Numbered from the stretch's first letter, positions 12,888-28,592 are shown. The stretch: 64,000 nucleotides of DNA from Octopus sinensis (GCF_006345805.1 NC_043000.1:124000001-124064000); one strand, 5' to 3'. Made by a program: numbers and translations. The notes: generated by a model not told the origin, from the letters alone.

Positions 12888-12965
12888 CCGGAAGTTCTGT
12901 TCACGCACATTGCTGTCGTTCTTTTTCTCTATCCGCCATTTCTCGGTGTAACACCACATGTAAGT
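12888..12965 (+). promoter_or_regulatory. FAU: Ribosomal-protein-type promoter and probable non-coding first exon of FAU (about 12921-12959)
   Basis: ETS/GABP motif CCGGAAGT (12888-12895), TCT/TOP initiator TTCTTTTTCTCT (about 12919-12930), YY1-like CCGCCATT (12933-12940), and donor GTAAGT (12960-12965). Confidence 0.65.
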
Positions 12966-13770
12966 CGGCTCCGTTTTATTAACTATTCTTTATACTGTTA
13001 TCATAAATCTGCTCATAAAATTTTGTATATGACCATATTATGTCTTCTACATTATTCGTTGACAATAACAGAATAAAATATTCTTCATTTGAAGCGCATC
13101 CCCGACGTTTTCTTACATCAATTTCTACGAATAACTCTCTTCTTCATTCACCCCCCCCTTTTTTATTACTGCCAAGTACAGCATTTTATGGAAAATATAC
13201 ATTAGGAAATTTTGTTGTTTATTTTTAGCATTATACAAAATAACAGTTTCAATTTGTATTGCGCCGTAGATATACTGGTAATTGATTTCAATTTCATTTC
13301 ATATTGCGTCATATATAATAATAATAATAGGGAGTATAGCTCCAAACTTACAGGGGAAAATTTGATTTAGTATTAAATCAAATTTCACAGTATAATTATA
13401 TAAAATATGTATTGGTTTATGTCTAACACTGTTTGAGCTGCATAATAGTGGTTTTATCTCTAATTGATATTTTATATATATACACGTCATGAGGAGCGTA
13501 TAAAACAAGTGTTAAACCCTTTTCACATTTTGGAGAAAAATTAACACACGTGTTGTCTTTTACTCAAAGCTTGAAGCTCGTATCACCGAGGATAGCTTGC
13601 GTTCAAATTTGAATATTATTAGGAAGTATGTCACGTTGTTTAGCTCCAACCAAATTAATTCTGATTAAGCAGACCTGTGATCAAATGCTTTCCAGTCGTT
13701 TCTATTTCATCTTTTTCCTTAACACCCCCTCAGACAACCTTATTCTTCACATCCTCCTTCCTTTTTGTAA

Positions 13771-13879
13771 ACCTGTTGGATGTCGAGGAATTTAGCTGTT
13801 ATTTCTAGTAGGACAAACGATCGCGTAGACCTGTTGGATGTCGAGGAATTTAGCTGTTATTTCTAGTAGGACAAACGAT
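13771..13879. repeat. 58-bp tandem duplication within a SINE-like repeat
   Basis: ACCTGTTGGATGTCGAGGAATTTAGCTGTTATTTCTAGTAGGACAAACGAT present twice. Confidence 0.9.
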
Positions 13880-16318
13880 TGTGTAAAAGACACGTCTAAA
13901 GTTCTCAGGATTGCCTACGTATTTTACGATGTTATTGAAAGCATGGAAGTGTTCCAAGTTAGGAAATGGAGTAAAATAAAAAGTATTTGTAGTGAAAACT
14001 TATCAGAAATTCTGGAAATGTATACTAGTCGACCTTACTTGGGGTATTGATTTTCATACGTAGGAAATTAAATTATGTGAAAAATTACTACCCTCCGCTT
14101 CAAACCAATATATAAATTTCATGTCGATTTATTAAGTTTTTAAGCAACTTTCCAACGGAAGATAATCGTATACGTAGTCCCTATTTTGTGATTTCCACAT
14201 TGAAGAAAAACTGTGGCTGACACTAAAAGTTTACTAGCAGTAATTTGGTAGCAAAATAGGATTTCTAGTAGATTCATTATTATTTACAGACCTGATGGAA
14301 TTGTCGCCGTTACCGCGAGCATTTTTGCTTATTATATTCGCCACGAGTTGATTATTCTTAAGTCATTTTTTTAATCCACTGAATTGTTTTGCTTTTCTGT
14401 AATGGTCTCAGATGAATTGAATCATCTGAGTTTACTCCAGAAGTATAAAATCGATAAGAAAAAATCTGCACAAGAAAGTATACATTAATGAAATAAGGAA
14501 AACTTGTGTTTCGTTACTTTTACAGTATACATGCACGGGTGTGTCGACGTCCCTCCAATTTTGTTTCCTCATAATTTTCAGATAAATGGATATTTTTGGC
14601 GAGTGTCGTTGATAGGTAGCATCAACAAATTGGAATTTCTCCAATTTGATGGGGATTTGTTACCACTTTTTTTTTCGTGGTGCCCTTGGAAGTACTCTGG
14701 AGCATCTTTTTAGCCAAAAACATTTTAGAGAAATGTCTTTCTCTCCCTCCCCCACATCGATTGTGGGCACTACGCACTTAATCCTTTTCAGTAGGAAGTA
14801 AATATTTTTAGACGGAGAGGTATGTGAATTAAGGGAGATTTGGTTGTTGTTTCTAGCGTATCTCATGTTGAAAAACAATATTTGTCAGTGAGAAAGAAAC
14901 GAAAATGCGCGGTGCTCACAAAATCGGTACGGAGGGGGAACTGAAAGAAAACATTTTCGGAAAAAAAATTTTTTATGACATTTTGTGCAAATACCTTTTA
15001 GATTGGTGTACATTCCTATTATATTGGAATTTAATGTGAAAGCATGAATTGGTGGACGCGCGCACGCATATCCCACTTTTTTTTTTCTCCCCTTGAAGGT
15101 TTCGCTTTAATGTGAGTATAATGTGTGTTGGGCCACTTTTTTTATATCCCGATATAATCATAATCTTCACCATCTGAAAGTTATGAGAAAACGAAATCGT
15201 TGGGACACTGAGGATATTACTTCCGCATTTTATTGAGTCTGAGCCTATTGTCATGAGACAGTATGGACATTTACGGGTAATTTATTTGGAAGTCGGATTG
15301 TTTTTCTAGTGAATGATTAAAGCGCACCAAGTAAAGAGTAAAACGAAAACCTAATAGAAACTCAATAACCAAACAAATGAACAATTGTGACACTTCGTCA
15401 AATCATCGACATCGATTTTTTGTCAATATTTTTCATGCTTGTTGCTAACCATTGATTCTCTATGGGTGATTGCACCTTATTTCAAAAAGTGTCGCAACTG
15501 TTGTGTTAGGTTATTGTATTTTTAGAAGTTGAGTTTATTCTTTATTTGTTGATCGGAGAGACCAGGTGCACGAATCGCATTCTTATTTTGATAACTAAGA
15601 AACATTACTGGATTCGTTTGTATTTACATTTTCAGTGTGAATTGAAATTTAGGCGCGGTGAGTGTTTTCTTTTCGTTGGCAAAAAACGAAAATTTTTTGT
15701 ATTTATATACAAATAATAGGTGGTTTTTACAATAATTGCTCATTTTTTTTTTTTTTCACTAATTTGAGATATTTAGCTGATCCAACTTAACGTTACTATG
15801 GATGTGTTACAATATGTCTCTACGTCCCTTAATTATATTTTGAAGGTAAACATTTCACTTTTTGTCAAGGTAAATAATATTTTGGCGAAAATGTGTCGAA
15901 CGTATCCCAGTTATTGAGATTGGTATTCAATAAAGTTGGGAACGAATTAGCTTGTTTATTTATCTAAGCTTTCCCTCATCAAAAATGGTTTCTAATTAAC
16001 TGTTTATGAATATATGCAGGGCAGCCAAGGGTGTTTTGTTTGTTTTTTGTCTGCTGATATGGACCGTCTTTAAAATGTTAGAACTTACAAATCCCCACAT
16101 CACTAATTTACAGTGAGAAGCTGTTCCAGTGTAAATTACCTGAATCTGTTTTGCAACCGGACTTAAATATTAAAGGCAATAGTTTACAAAGCTTTTTTAT
16201 TAATCCTCCCAGATGTATAAAAATTTCTAGTTTTGCAAAATAATCACTGATTGAGTTGGGATTTTGCAGTTTCATTTTCTAATCTTTATTTCTTTTTCTC
16301 TTTTGACAGAAATCCAAA

Positions 16319-18492
<2,174 letters not shown>

Positions 18493-18522
18493 TGTTCTGA
18501 AAATGTAAATTACTAAACTTGT

Positions 18523-18547
18523 AATAAAATAATTAAGACATAATAAA
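18523..18547 (+). terminator. FAU polyadenylation signals
   Basis: AATAAA at 18523-18528 and 18542-18547, followed by T/GT-rich sequence. Confidence 0.7.
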
Positions 18548-18559
18548 TTTGTTTATCAT

Positions 18560-18565
18560 TTTATT
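18560..18565 (-). terminator. Candidate MSH6 polyadenylation signal
   Basis: TTTATT on the plus strand (AATAAA on minus), about 55 nt after the MSH6 stop. Confidence 0.55.
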
Positions 18566-18619
18566 TTGTTGCCATATATTGTGTACAGGTTTAAAACAGT
18601 AAAAAAAGAGGTATAATAA

Positions 18620-18686
18620 TCAGCCAATTGCTTGCACCAGTTGTTTCAGTTCTGTTGAACTTCTTGCATCAAATTTCCAAAGATTT
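18620..18686 (-). CDS. MSH6: MSH6 exon 35 (last)
   Basis: [21 protein letters not shown]. Confidence 0.82.
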
Positions 18687-21600
18687 CTGCAAGAATAATA
18701 GATTTGTGTAAGTCGCTAGTTAAATAGTAACTTGGGTTACTACACAGTTAAAGGAAAATTAAATGGATTCATTCATACCTGATCAAATGAATACGTTGGA
18801 TCTTATTCTCTAATTCTTTGGCTTTTTTCACACCATTGGTTATAATCTGGTGATAAAATAGAAATATACGTCACTTATAAATATTTAGACATGTGCTTAA
18901 AGACGGTTGGCCATATTAAAATTCATCTTACCTCATTGGGAATACTGGCCAGTCGTGCAGCATTGAAACCATAACTTTTCGGACATGCACCTTTTACAAA
19001 CTTGTACAAGAATGTTATAGTTTCCTGGGTAGGATCATCTTCACTCTCGTTTTCTACCATACATGCCTTTAAAAAGATAAAAGATGTTTTTATAAAGTGC
19101 ATACCTCACCAAACACTACCTAAGAATATTCTGCTGTGCTTGCGGAGACCTATTGAGTCAAGTACATCAAATGAAAATTGTAGTTGTGATACCCGTGCCG
19201 GTGGCCGATGCCAGCACCGCCTTGGCGCGTCCGTGCATGTGACAAAGATGGCCTAACTGATCATAGCTTTTTGCCAGCCTCCTGGCCAGTGGCATGTAAA
19301 AAAGCACTCACGAAGTGGTTGGTGTTAGGAAGGGCATCCAGCTGTAGAAACCCTGCCAGATCAGCCTCCTGGCTTCCCAGACCCCGATCAAACTATCCAA
19401 CCCATGCTAGCATGGAAATTGAACAATGATGAATCTTAGATAATTTGTCAAACTCATTGTGCTTTCTCCAATTACTAAATATCATTGGTGTGCCCAGCTT
19501 GTGAAATTTTACAATTTCAAACCCTTATTGAACTGAAATTACTATATATGAGAATTAGTGGAGGAGATTATACGGTTAACTGGATACATATGCTATCACA
19601 GCCATTTTCACAAAGGAGACTTACCATATGGCCAAGCCGAACATTGGGATCACTTGAAAACATGTCGGTCAAAGAATGATAATGAGTTGAAAATAGTGTC
19701 CTGCAATTGATAGTCTTTGAGATTTCCTCCACTACAGCAGCTGCAATAGCAGTACCATCATAGGTTGCAGTTCCTCTGCCTACAAAGAGATGATGAAAAT
19801 GGTTCTTCCTGTACATTGGCAATTTATAGAACAAGATATTGTATTATTAACTAAAGTTTAATTATGCAAATATATTCAGATTAATAGATCAATAATCAGT
19901 TTAAAGAAAAAAACTTACCAAGTTCATCTAATAATACTAGTGAATTCTCTGTTGCATGTTGTAGGATTGAAGCAGTTTCACTAAGTTCCACAAAGAAAGT
20001 ACTTTCACCTGGAAAAATATTGTACAGCAGTGATTTTGGCTGGTTCCACATGTAATACTCATGCAATCGTAGTTATAAATTTCCCGTTTTATAGTGAGCT
20101 ACATTAAAATTTCAGTTTATATTCCAAATACCAGATTTATGACATTTTACTAAATTCTTTATTACTTTCAAAATTTATTGAAACAAAGGTGTATTTCGAC
20201 AGAAATATAGTTAACAAAAGCGTTAAATATACAAATTGAATATCGGTACAATATTGCTGCAGTAAAGGTGACAGACAAGTGCAAGTAGCCTCTCACCCCA
20301 AAAGAAAAGTTATGCATGAGTTATCTTTCAATTTCATTCTGACAGATGATGTTGAAAGGGAGAAAAACTACAGGTTCACTTGCATTATGAGAGAAGAGAA
20401 ATTGCTTGATTTAGCTGCTTTGAAGAGGAAAAAAAAAAAAAGGAAGGAGTGGCTGTGTGGTAAGTAGCTTGCTTACGGACCACATTGTTCTGGGTTCAGT
20501 CACACTGCGTGGCACCTTGGGCAAGTATCTTCTACTATAGCCGACCAGGGCCTTGTGAGTGGATTTGGTAGACGGAAACTTAAAGAAGCCGGTCATATAT
20601 GTGTGTGTTTGTCCCCCCAACATCGCTTGACAACCGATGCTAGTGTTTACGTCCCCGTAACTAAGCGGTTCAGCAAAAGGGACCGATAGAATAAGTACTA
20701 GGCTTCCAAAGAATAAGTCCTGGGGTCGATTTGCTTGACTAAAGGCGGTGCTCCAGCATGGCCACAGTCAAATGACTGAAACAAGTAAAAGATAGAATAT
20801 GCTAAAACACTTGTTGCAAAATGTTTCTTTTCTTGCTTTTATTTTTTTTATTTTTTTTTTGTAAATTGGTATGGTTTGCTTAACTGTGCAGAATATCATT
20901 CAGTCACATTTGAGAGCCTTGAATGTCAATTCATATCCTAAATAATACCTGATAGCTATACTTAAAATGCTTTGGGATATAAATTATATAAATGCTTGCA
21001 TGGGTCACAGAGTTTCCAAGCAAGATAGTATTTGGCCATGGCCAAGTAATATTTACCCATTTTTTTTTTTTTTGCAGAATATTGGAAAAAATTATAGTGA
21101 CACTCACTTATAACTATCATACATACATACTTATAACTATCATACATACAAACAGGATTCTTTCAGTTTCCATCTACCAAGCCCCAGGTTATAGAAGACA
21201 CTTGCTTGACATTGTCAGAAACAGACACATACGTTGTATATTATCATTTTCAATCAACTTAAACCTTTTTTCGTTTGGACTTCCATCATCACTCAAAAGT
21301 TAATAGAATAACTACATATGTAATGAGGGGGGGGGTCAGTTGAAGCTGGTCTTACAACAAAAGGAAAATTAAACACATACCAGCCATAATTCTGTCGTTG
21401 GCACCCAAACGAGTAAAGACTCGATCTACTGGAGTTATCTGACATTTCTCAGCCGGCACATAACAACCCTACAAAATGAAATCACAATTTAGACATGTTT
21501 AAGAGAGAAAATTAAATGTCAACAGATTCTTCTTCCACAACTAAACTGAATAGTTGTAATAAAGGAACCTCAGATAATCATTAAAGTGAATCCTTCAATA

Positions 21601-24600
21601 ATAACAATTTTGATCAATCACATAACGGAAAAAAAATTATATCAAGGAGTAAACGAAGAAAATAAATACCATCTGAGCCATGACAACAATTAATCCAACT
21701 TGACGCATCAATGTAGATTTTCCACCCATATTTGGACCAGTTACCAATACTACTTGACTATCAGTGGTGGGGTCTTCAGTTTCTATGTTCTGAAAATAAA
21801 TGCAAAAAAGATGTAATTACTTCATTGAAAGACTGCTTTGTAACAGTTTTAAAGCTTTCTTTTCCTTCTAACAAAAACAAAAAAAAGGGGGGGGGGCAAT
21901 GACTATCAATAGTGATCAGGTAAGGGTACAGAATTCTCGTCACTGAAAAAGATAGCATTTCTGTTGGTTACAGTTCATAAGGTTTGTTTGTGTAGTCATA
22001 GCAGCATCACCTATACTTGAACAGTTTTCTGACATAGGTCTTAATTGCCATGTCTTGTCCTGGTGTTGTAAATGACTTACATCAGTATTAATGTACTTTC
22101 TTACTCTGAAGAGAAAATCTACTCATTGGGATGCAGTTTCAGCCAATGTTACATGAGTATAAAAAATAGTGACTTTTTTTTTTAAAAAGATTTACCATCA
22201 TCATCATTTAATGTTCATTTTCCAGTGGCATGGGTTGAACAGTTCAACAGGAATCAATAAACAAAAGTCCAACGACTTCATTAGCACAGTCTCTACAGCT
22301 TGATGCTTTTCCTAATGCTAACATTTCAAAGACTATAATGGATGCTTTTTTCACAGTACTGGCACTAGTGAGGTCATCAAATACTGATTTTTTATTAGCC
22401 ACAAGGGCCCAAAATAGAGTGGGACAAACAAAGACAGACAGGAGACCACAGAGGGGACAATACATAGAACGAATATGATGAGGTCATCAAATACTCATAA
22501 GACCCCTGAAGTGACTGGGGTATAGTATTGACTGAGGTGAAAGTATGATAAAGGGACAGGAATAAGTGTCTTGCTGAAGAAGTGAATATACTAAGATATT
22601 CAAAACAAGAATGTCAATTTTCTGAACTAACTATTCTATTTAACACTTTAGCATTTAAACTGACCATATCAGGCCCAAATTTTCATCTGTTTTGTATTCA
22701 AACCAGACAGATCCAATCTCTCATACCCACCCTACAATGTCATTCTGAAAATACACCACTGAAATCTCTAAGCTACAACATAATGCATGATTAATTCAAA
22801 ACATCAATAAATAAGCTCTACCTCATCATCATCATTTAACGTCCGTTTCCATGCTGGCATAGGTTGGACAGGTTGACAGGAGCCAGAAAGGCCAGGGACT
22901 GTGCCAGATCCCATGGTCTCTTTTGTCTTGGTTTCTACAATTGGATGCCCAACAGAACAATCTGAATGCTAAAGTGTAATTCAAGAATTGCTGAAAATTC
23001 ACTCCAAACATCTACTCAGCAAATGTTATGATCAAGTGATCATAAGTGCCATCTTTTATCAAACCAGAACCATATTGAAATATTTCATAAAAAGAGAACT
23101 AACAGAGAACAAAAAACAATAAAATTTAAAAGTAAAAAATGCTTACATCTTTTACTCCAATCATAGTATCATTGGGAATAAAGTCTTCAGCAGCAGACGA
23201 CCGCCCAATGCAAGGATGACGTCCTTCACGTATCAAAAGGAATGGCTGAAACAATGAACATATTTATTACAAGTCATACGCAATGAAATGACTCCCAAAA
23301 TATATGGAATATCATTTTCAGTTCTTTGTGACTCAGAAAATTTGGATCTTTACCTTTTGACCTACAGATTTAAAAAATAATTTTTTGTAACTAAACACTT
23401 TCAAACTTCGGACACTAGTAGAATGTGTCATATAAAACATGTTTTACTCTTAGCATTTTTGAGAAAAACTTATATTTACAAAGATATTTCACCTTAAAGT
23501 TCTCGTATTTCGGTAATTTCAACCAATCAATGACGTGTATTCAGCTGAATAAAATTATTGCTGTTGTTTGTCAACAACAACTATTGGTGGTGTATTTTTC
23601 GTTTGTCACTGTTATTCAAGACATTGCAAGTGTGTTTGTACTGGTTTTAAGGCTTTAGGGTTAGGATTGTCATAAATAACATTGACAAACGAAATATACA
23701 TTGCCGGAAGTTCTAGTTGACAAACAACAGCAGTAATTTTATTCAGCTGAATACACGTCATTGATTGGTTGAAATTACTAAAATAGGACGACATTAACAT
23801 GAAATAACTTCGTAAATATAAGTTTTATATGACACATTCTACCAGTGTCCGAACTTTGAAAGTGTTACAAAAAATTATTTTTTAAATCTGTAGGTCAAAA
23901 GGTAAAGATCTGAAAATTCTTCTAACAGAATATAAGAGAAATTAGGCTTGCATTCGCCTTCAGATCAAATTTTCTGATAAAATTACAGCTTAACAGATGC
24001 ACTGCTTTATATCCCCTTCGACACATTTTTCAAATAAATTATGAAGCGTACATCATTTTAACAACCAATTTTCTGTGCTTGCATGAGTCAGAATTAGTTG
24101 AGACAGACTTTCAACAGTAAGATGCCCTTTCTGTCACCAGCCCTCACTTGTTTCCAGGTAAGTAACATTACCCCGTGAACAGTTTTTTTGCTGAATATTG
24201 GTAATGAACGACACTGCTTGTATGATAGCAACACTCACAACTATCCAGCAATATCAAGACAAGGAAACACACACACAATAGACTTCTTCCAGTTTCCATC
24301 TACCAAATCTGATTTGGTTGGCCCAGGGTTTTAGAAGACACTTGTCCAAGGCGCCAAACAGTGAGGTTGAACTCAAAACTATGTGGTTTGGAAATTAACC
24401 TCTTAACCACATTGCCACTAAGATTATATTCATTTTTCTTTAACCCTTTAGTATTCAGATTATTCTACCAAATGTGATGCTTATTTATTCACATTGCATT
24501 GAATTAATCATGCATTCTCTCATAGCTATGAGATTTCTGTGATGTGACTCTTTACTTTGGTAATAATATTGTAGGATAGGGTAAGAGGCTGGATCTGAAT

Positions 24601-27170
24601 GGTTTTGAACATAAAAGAGGTAAAATATTTAGGCCAGATATGGCCGGTTTGAATGTTAAAGGGTTAAAGGTTCTTCATTAATTGTGACATCCTAGAATTT
24701 TTATTTCCATTATCTTTTCTCTCCAAGTATACTGACACAAAAACGGTGAATATTGGAAAGAAGTAATTCTCATATGACTAAGCTAGTTCACCAGAAAAAA
24801 CAACACAAATAAATTGTAGAAAAACAATAAGAAGGAGAATCATAAAACATACTTTGGAATCTGCCTCAGGCAAAACGATTTCTGGTCTGCAAATGGCTCC
24901 TTCGCCACAGCGACTGTACTCGGCCAAACAGAGGAGAACATCAAGAACAGCCAAACACTGAACAGCTTGGTCCCACATCTGATAACTGTCGTGACAAATA
25001 ACTTGAAATGAAACTATAACTCCACAAAAACTCCAAGAAAAAATATGTTGGTATTAATGTGCATATAATTTACCAATTAAAATAATTACATTTCAGAGGG
25101 ATAAGGTACCATCATCATCATCGTTTAATGTCCGCTTTCCATGCTAGCATGGGTTGGACGGTTTGACTGAGGACTGGCGAACCAGATGGCTGCACCAGGC
25201 TCCAATCTGATCTGGCAGAGTTTCTACAGCTGAATGCCCTTCCTAATACCAACCACTCCGAGAGTGTAGTGGGTGCTTTTACGTGCCACCAGCACAAGGG
25301 CCAGTCACGCAGTAATGGCAATGGCCACACTCAAATGGTGTTTTTTACATGCCACCAGCACAGGAGCCAGTCCAGTGGCACTGGCAACGACCTCACTCGA
25401 ATGGCTTTTCACATGCTACCGACACAAATCCCAGTAAGGCAATGCTGGTAACGATCACGCTCAACGATCATGCTTTTTACATGTCACTGGCACAGAAGCC
25501 AATTTGCTGCTCTGGCAACGATCCCGCTTGGATGGTACTCTTGGCACTCACCTAGCACAGATGCCAGTCATCAAAATTGATTTTGAAGACAAAAAAATTA
25601 GAAAAACTAATCATGCCTGATGCTGAAGAGCTAGTTACCTCCTTTGGCATTAACCCTTTTGATACCAACCCAGCTGAAACTGGCTCTGGCTCTGAGTACA
25701 AATGTCTTGTTTAGATAAGTTTTGAATTAAAATCTTCCACCAAACCTTAGTCACAATTTATGTTCTTAACATTAGCTTAATGATAACCAAGTTATTTTTC
25801 TAAATTCTTTGTTATATTTAAAGTAATTGAAAGAAACACAGCATCTCAAAATAAATACAGTAATGAAAGGGATAATGGCCATCATGCATGTTTAAACTTC
25901 TTTTAGTAGTTTGAAATAACTTAGGAGAAACTATTTCATAAACATCATGACTAGAATAAATATCTAAACATGAAAATTAATCCATTCATTGTATCATGGA
26001 AAAGTTTTCAACATTCTAAACTAATAGGTTTCATGTTTTTTTTTTTTTTATCGCCAAACTTTTCCTCAATATGAACACAGATGCCAAAAACAGAAAACAT
26101 ACAACTATTTCCTTATAACGAAAATTTTACTCACTCTGTATCAAATTGATGAAATATTCGTCGCATGGTATCCTTCAAAGCTGCAGACCGTCTATCTTCG
26201 GCATCAGTCATTTCAGCGAACATTCTCTCAATCTCTTTTGTACGGTACCGTTTCCATCCTTTCTTGGAAGACATTAACTCATACTGATTTGGTACTTTCT
26301 TACACATATTTTCAGGCACTTCCATTTGATAACGGTTCTTACCAGTACCCCAATATACCATAGACTGGAAACAATGAATGCAAAGACAAAATTTCAGAAA
26401 TAGCAGGAACCAAATAGAAAGTAATATATAATTAAAATATAATTCGTTTTTGGATTTGGTTTGTAAGATTCTTGATATGAGTTCGTGTGTTGAAGCATAT
26501 TCTGCTGTGTCTGGGGAGAGTCATTTTCTTTTTGTGCCTTATGATTTAACACACTCACCGGTAAAATTTCCACTTATTTTTTAAAATTTTATTCTCCTAA
26601 AAAAGAGTCAAGACTATTGAAAAGGTTGCAAGACTTAACGAAAATTTTAGGAGAATAAAAATAAAAAAATAAGTGGAAATTTTACCGGTGAGTGTGTTAA
26701 ATCATAAGGCACAAAAAGAAAATGACTCTCCCCAGACACAATAAAATATAATTGAAATAGAAATTAAATTTAAAACTTACCTTACAACTCATCAACTGTC
26801 TTTGTTGGTCTAAATATCGATCTAGTGCATTGGTAGTTTCTTTGATATCTTTTACGGCACCATCATAATCAGAATCAACTCCTGTAAAGAAGAAGCAAAC
26901 CAACTGCTAAATATCTGAAATTCTAATAACACTAACATACAGTGAAGGCAATGATGAGTGACGGATGAAAACAAATGGAGCAGTCAGCCTCCATGCTCCT
27001 AAATATTCCAGAGTTTCCAAAACATATAAGGAGCAGTGTGGTAAGATGTTTGCTCCCCCAACCATGTTGCTTCAGTTCCACTGCATGGCAAGTAACTTCT
27101 ACTGTAGCCGCAGGGAATAACAATCCCTTGTCAGTGGATTTGGTAGACAGAAACTAAAAGAAGCATGTCT

Positions 27171-27203
<33 letters not shown>

Positions 27204-28541
27204 CATCATCATCGTTTAACGTCCGCTTTCCATGCTAGCATGGGTTGGACGATTTTGACTGAGGGTTGGTGAACCAGATGGTTGCACCAGGCTCCAATCT
27301 TGATCTGGCAGAATTTCTACAGCTGGATGTCCTTCCTAATGCCAACCACTCCAAGAGTGTAGTGGGTGCCTTTTACGTGCCACCAGCATGGGGCCAGTCA
27401 GGCGGTACTGGCAATGACCTCGCTCGAATCTTTTTACACATGCCACCGGCACAGGTGCCAGTAAGGCGACGTTGGCAATGATCACGTTTGAATGGTGCCC
27501 TTTTACATGCCACCAGCATGGAGCCAGTTGGCTGCTCTGGGATATATAATATATATATATATGCCAGTATGTCAGAAATTTCAAACTCCTAGCAAATCAA
27601 AAAGTATTTTTGTCTTAGAAAGTCATGAACTGAAATGACTAGCATGGAAAGGTGGTAATATGGAAGCTCCTGGTTTTAATTATAACTGCAAAATGAACAA
27701 TGTGAATTGGATTTATCAGTGTCCACGACCTTCTTTCAAATCTGCATGGCGATATCGCACGCAAACTCTCAAATCCCTCGCAGCAGCTGGTCTGCAGCTA
27801 CGGATTCTCGGGGTATGTCTTCGGTGGGATGACATGTCTGTGAAGACACCTGCCGGTGGCACAAACACTGTTTCCACTGAAACGGAGATAATGACGACAG
27901 AGTTATTGAAAAGGCGTGATATTGGTCCATATGGACTCCGCTCTGAGTTTCTGGTACGCAAAATTGTTGTGCCTATTGGATTACCTAGTCAACAAAGAGG
28001 TTGGTTCATTTATTTATTTTTTTTTGTTTCAAACAACTGTTTTATTTAAATGCTATTATTGGTTGGATGATTGCACATTTTATATATATTCTTGTTGTTT
28101 AGATTCAGGTCAGCCTTGGATCTAAATCAAAGCTATTCCAGCTATTTTCCTTTTTGACTTCATGTACATCTAGGACTAAATTGTCCAGTGTGCCATGTGT
28201 CCTTCCTTTTCTGAGATGGTAGAAAGCCATTTGATAAAGATTTGGTTGCTATTTCTTGCAGGTCAAGCAATCACAAAGATTCCCTTGTTGGCTTATATTT
28301 ATATAAAAAGCACCATCCGTCTGTGGGCGTTTGCCAGCTCCGTCTGGCACCTGTGCGGGTGGCACGTAAAAAGCACCCACTACACTCACGGAGTGGTTGG
28401 CGATAGGAAGGGCATCCAGCTGTAGAAACACTGCCAGATCAGACTGGGCCTGATGCAGCCTTCTGGCTTCACAGACCCCAGTTGAACCGTCCAACCCATG
28501 CTAGCATGGAAAGCGGATGCTAAATGATGATGATGATGATG

Positions 28542-28592
<51 letters not shown>

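Noticed and set aside
27660-28049. Functional nested antisense gene
   Set aside because: Upstream in-frame stop within the homologous region, substitutions at conserved residues, and no other exons; treated as a pseudogenic fragment.
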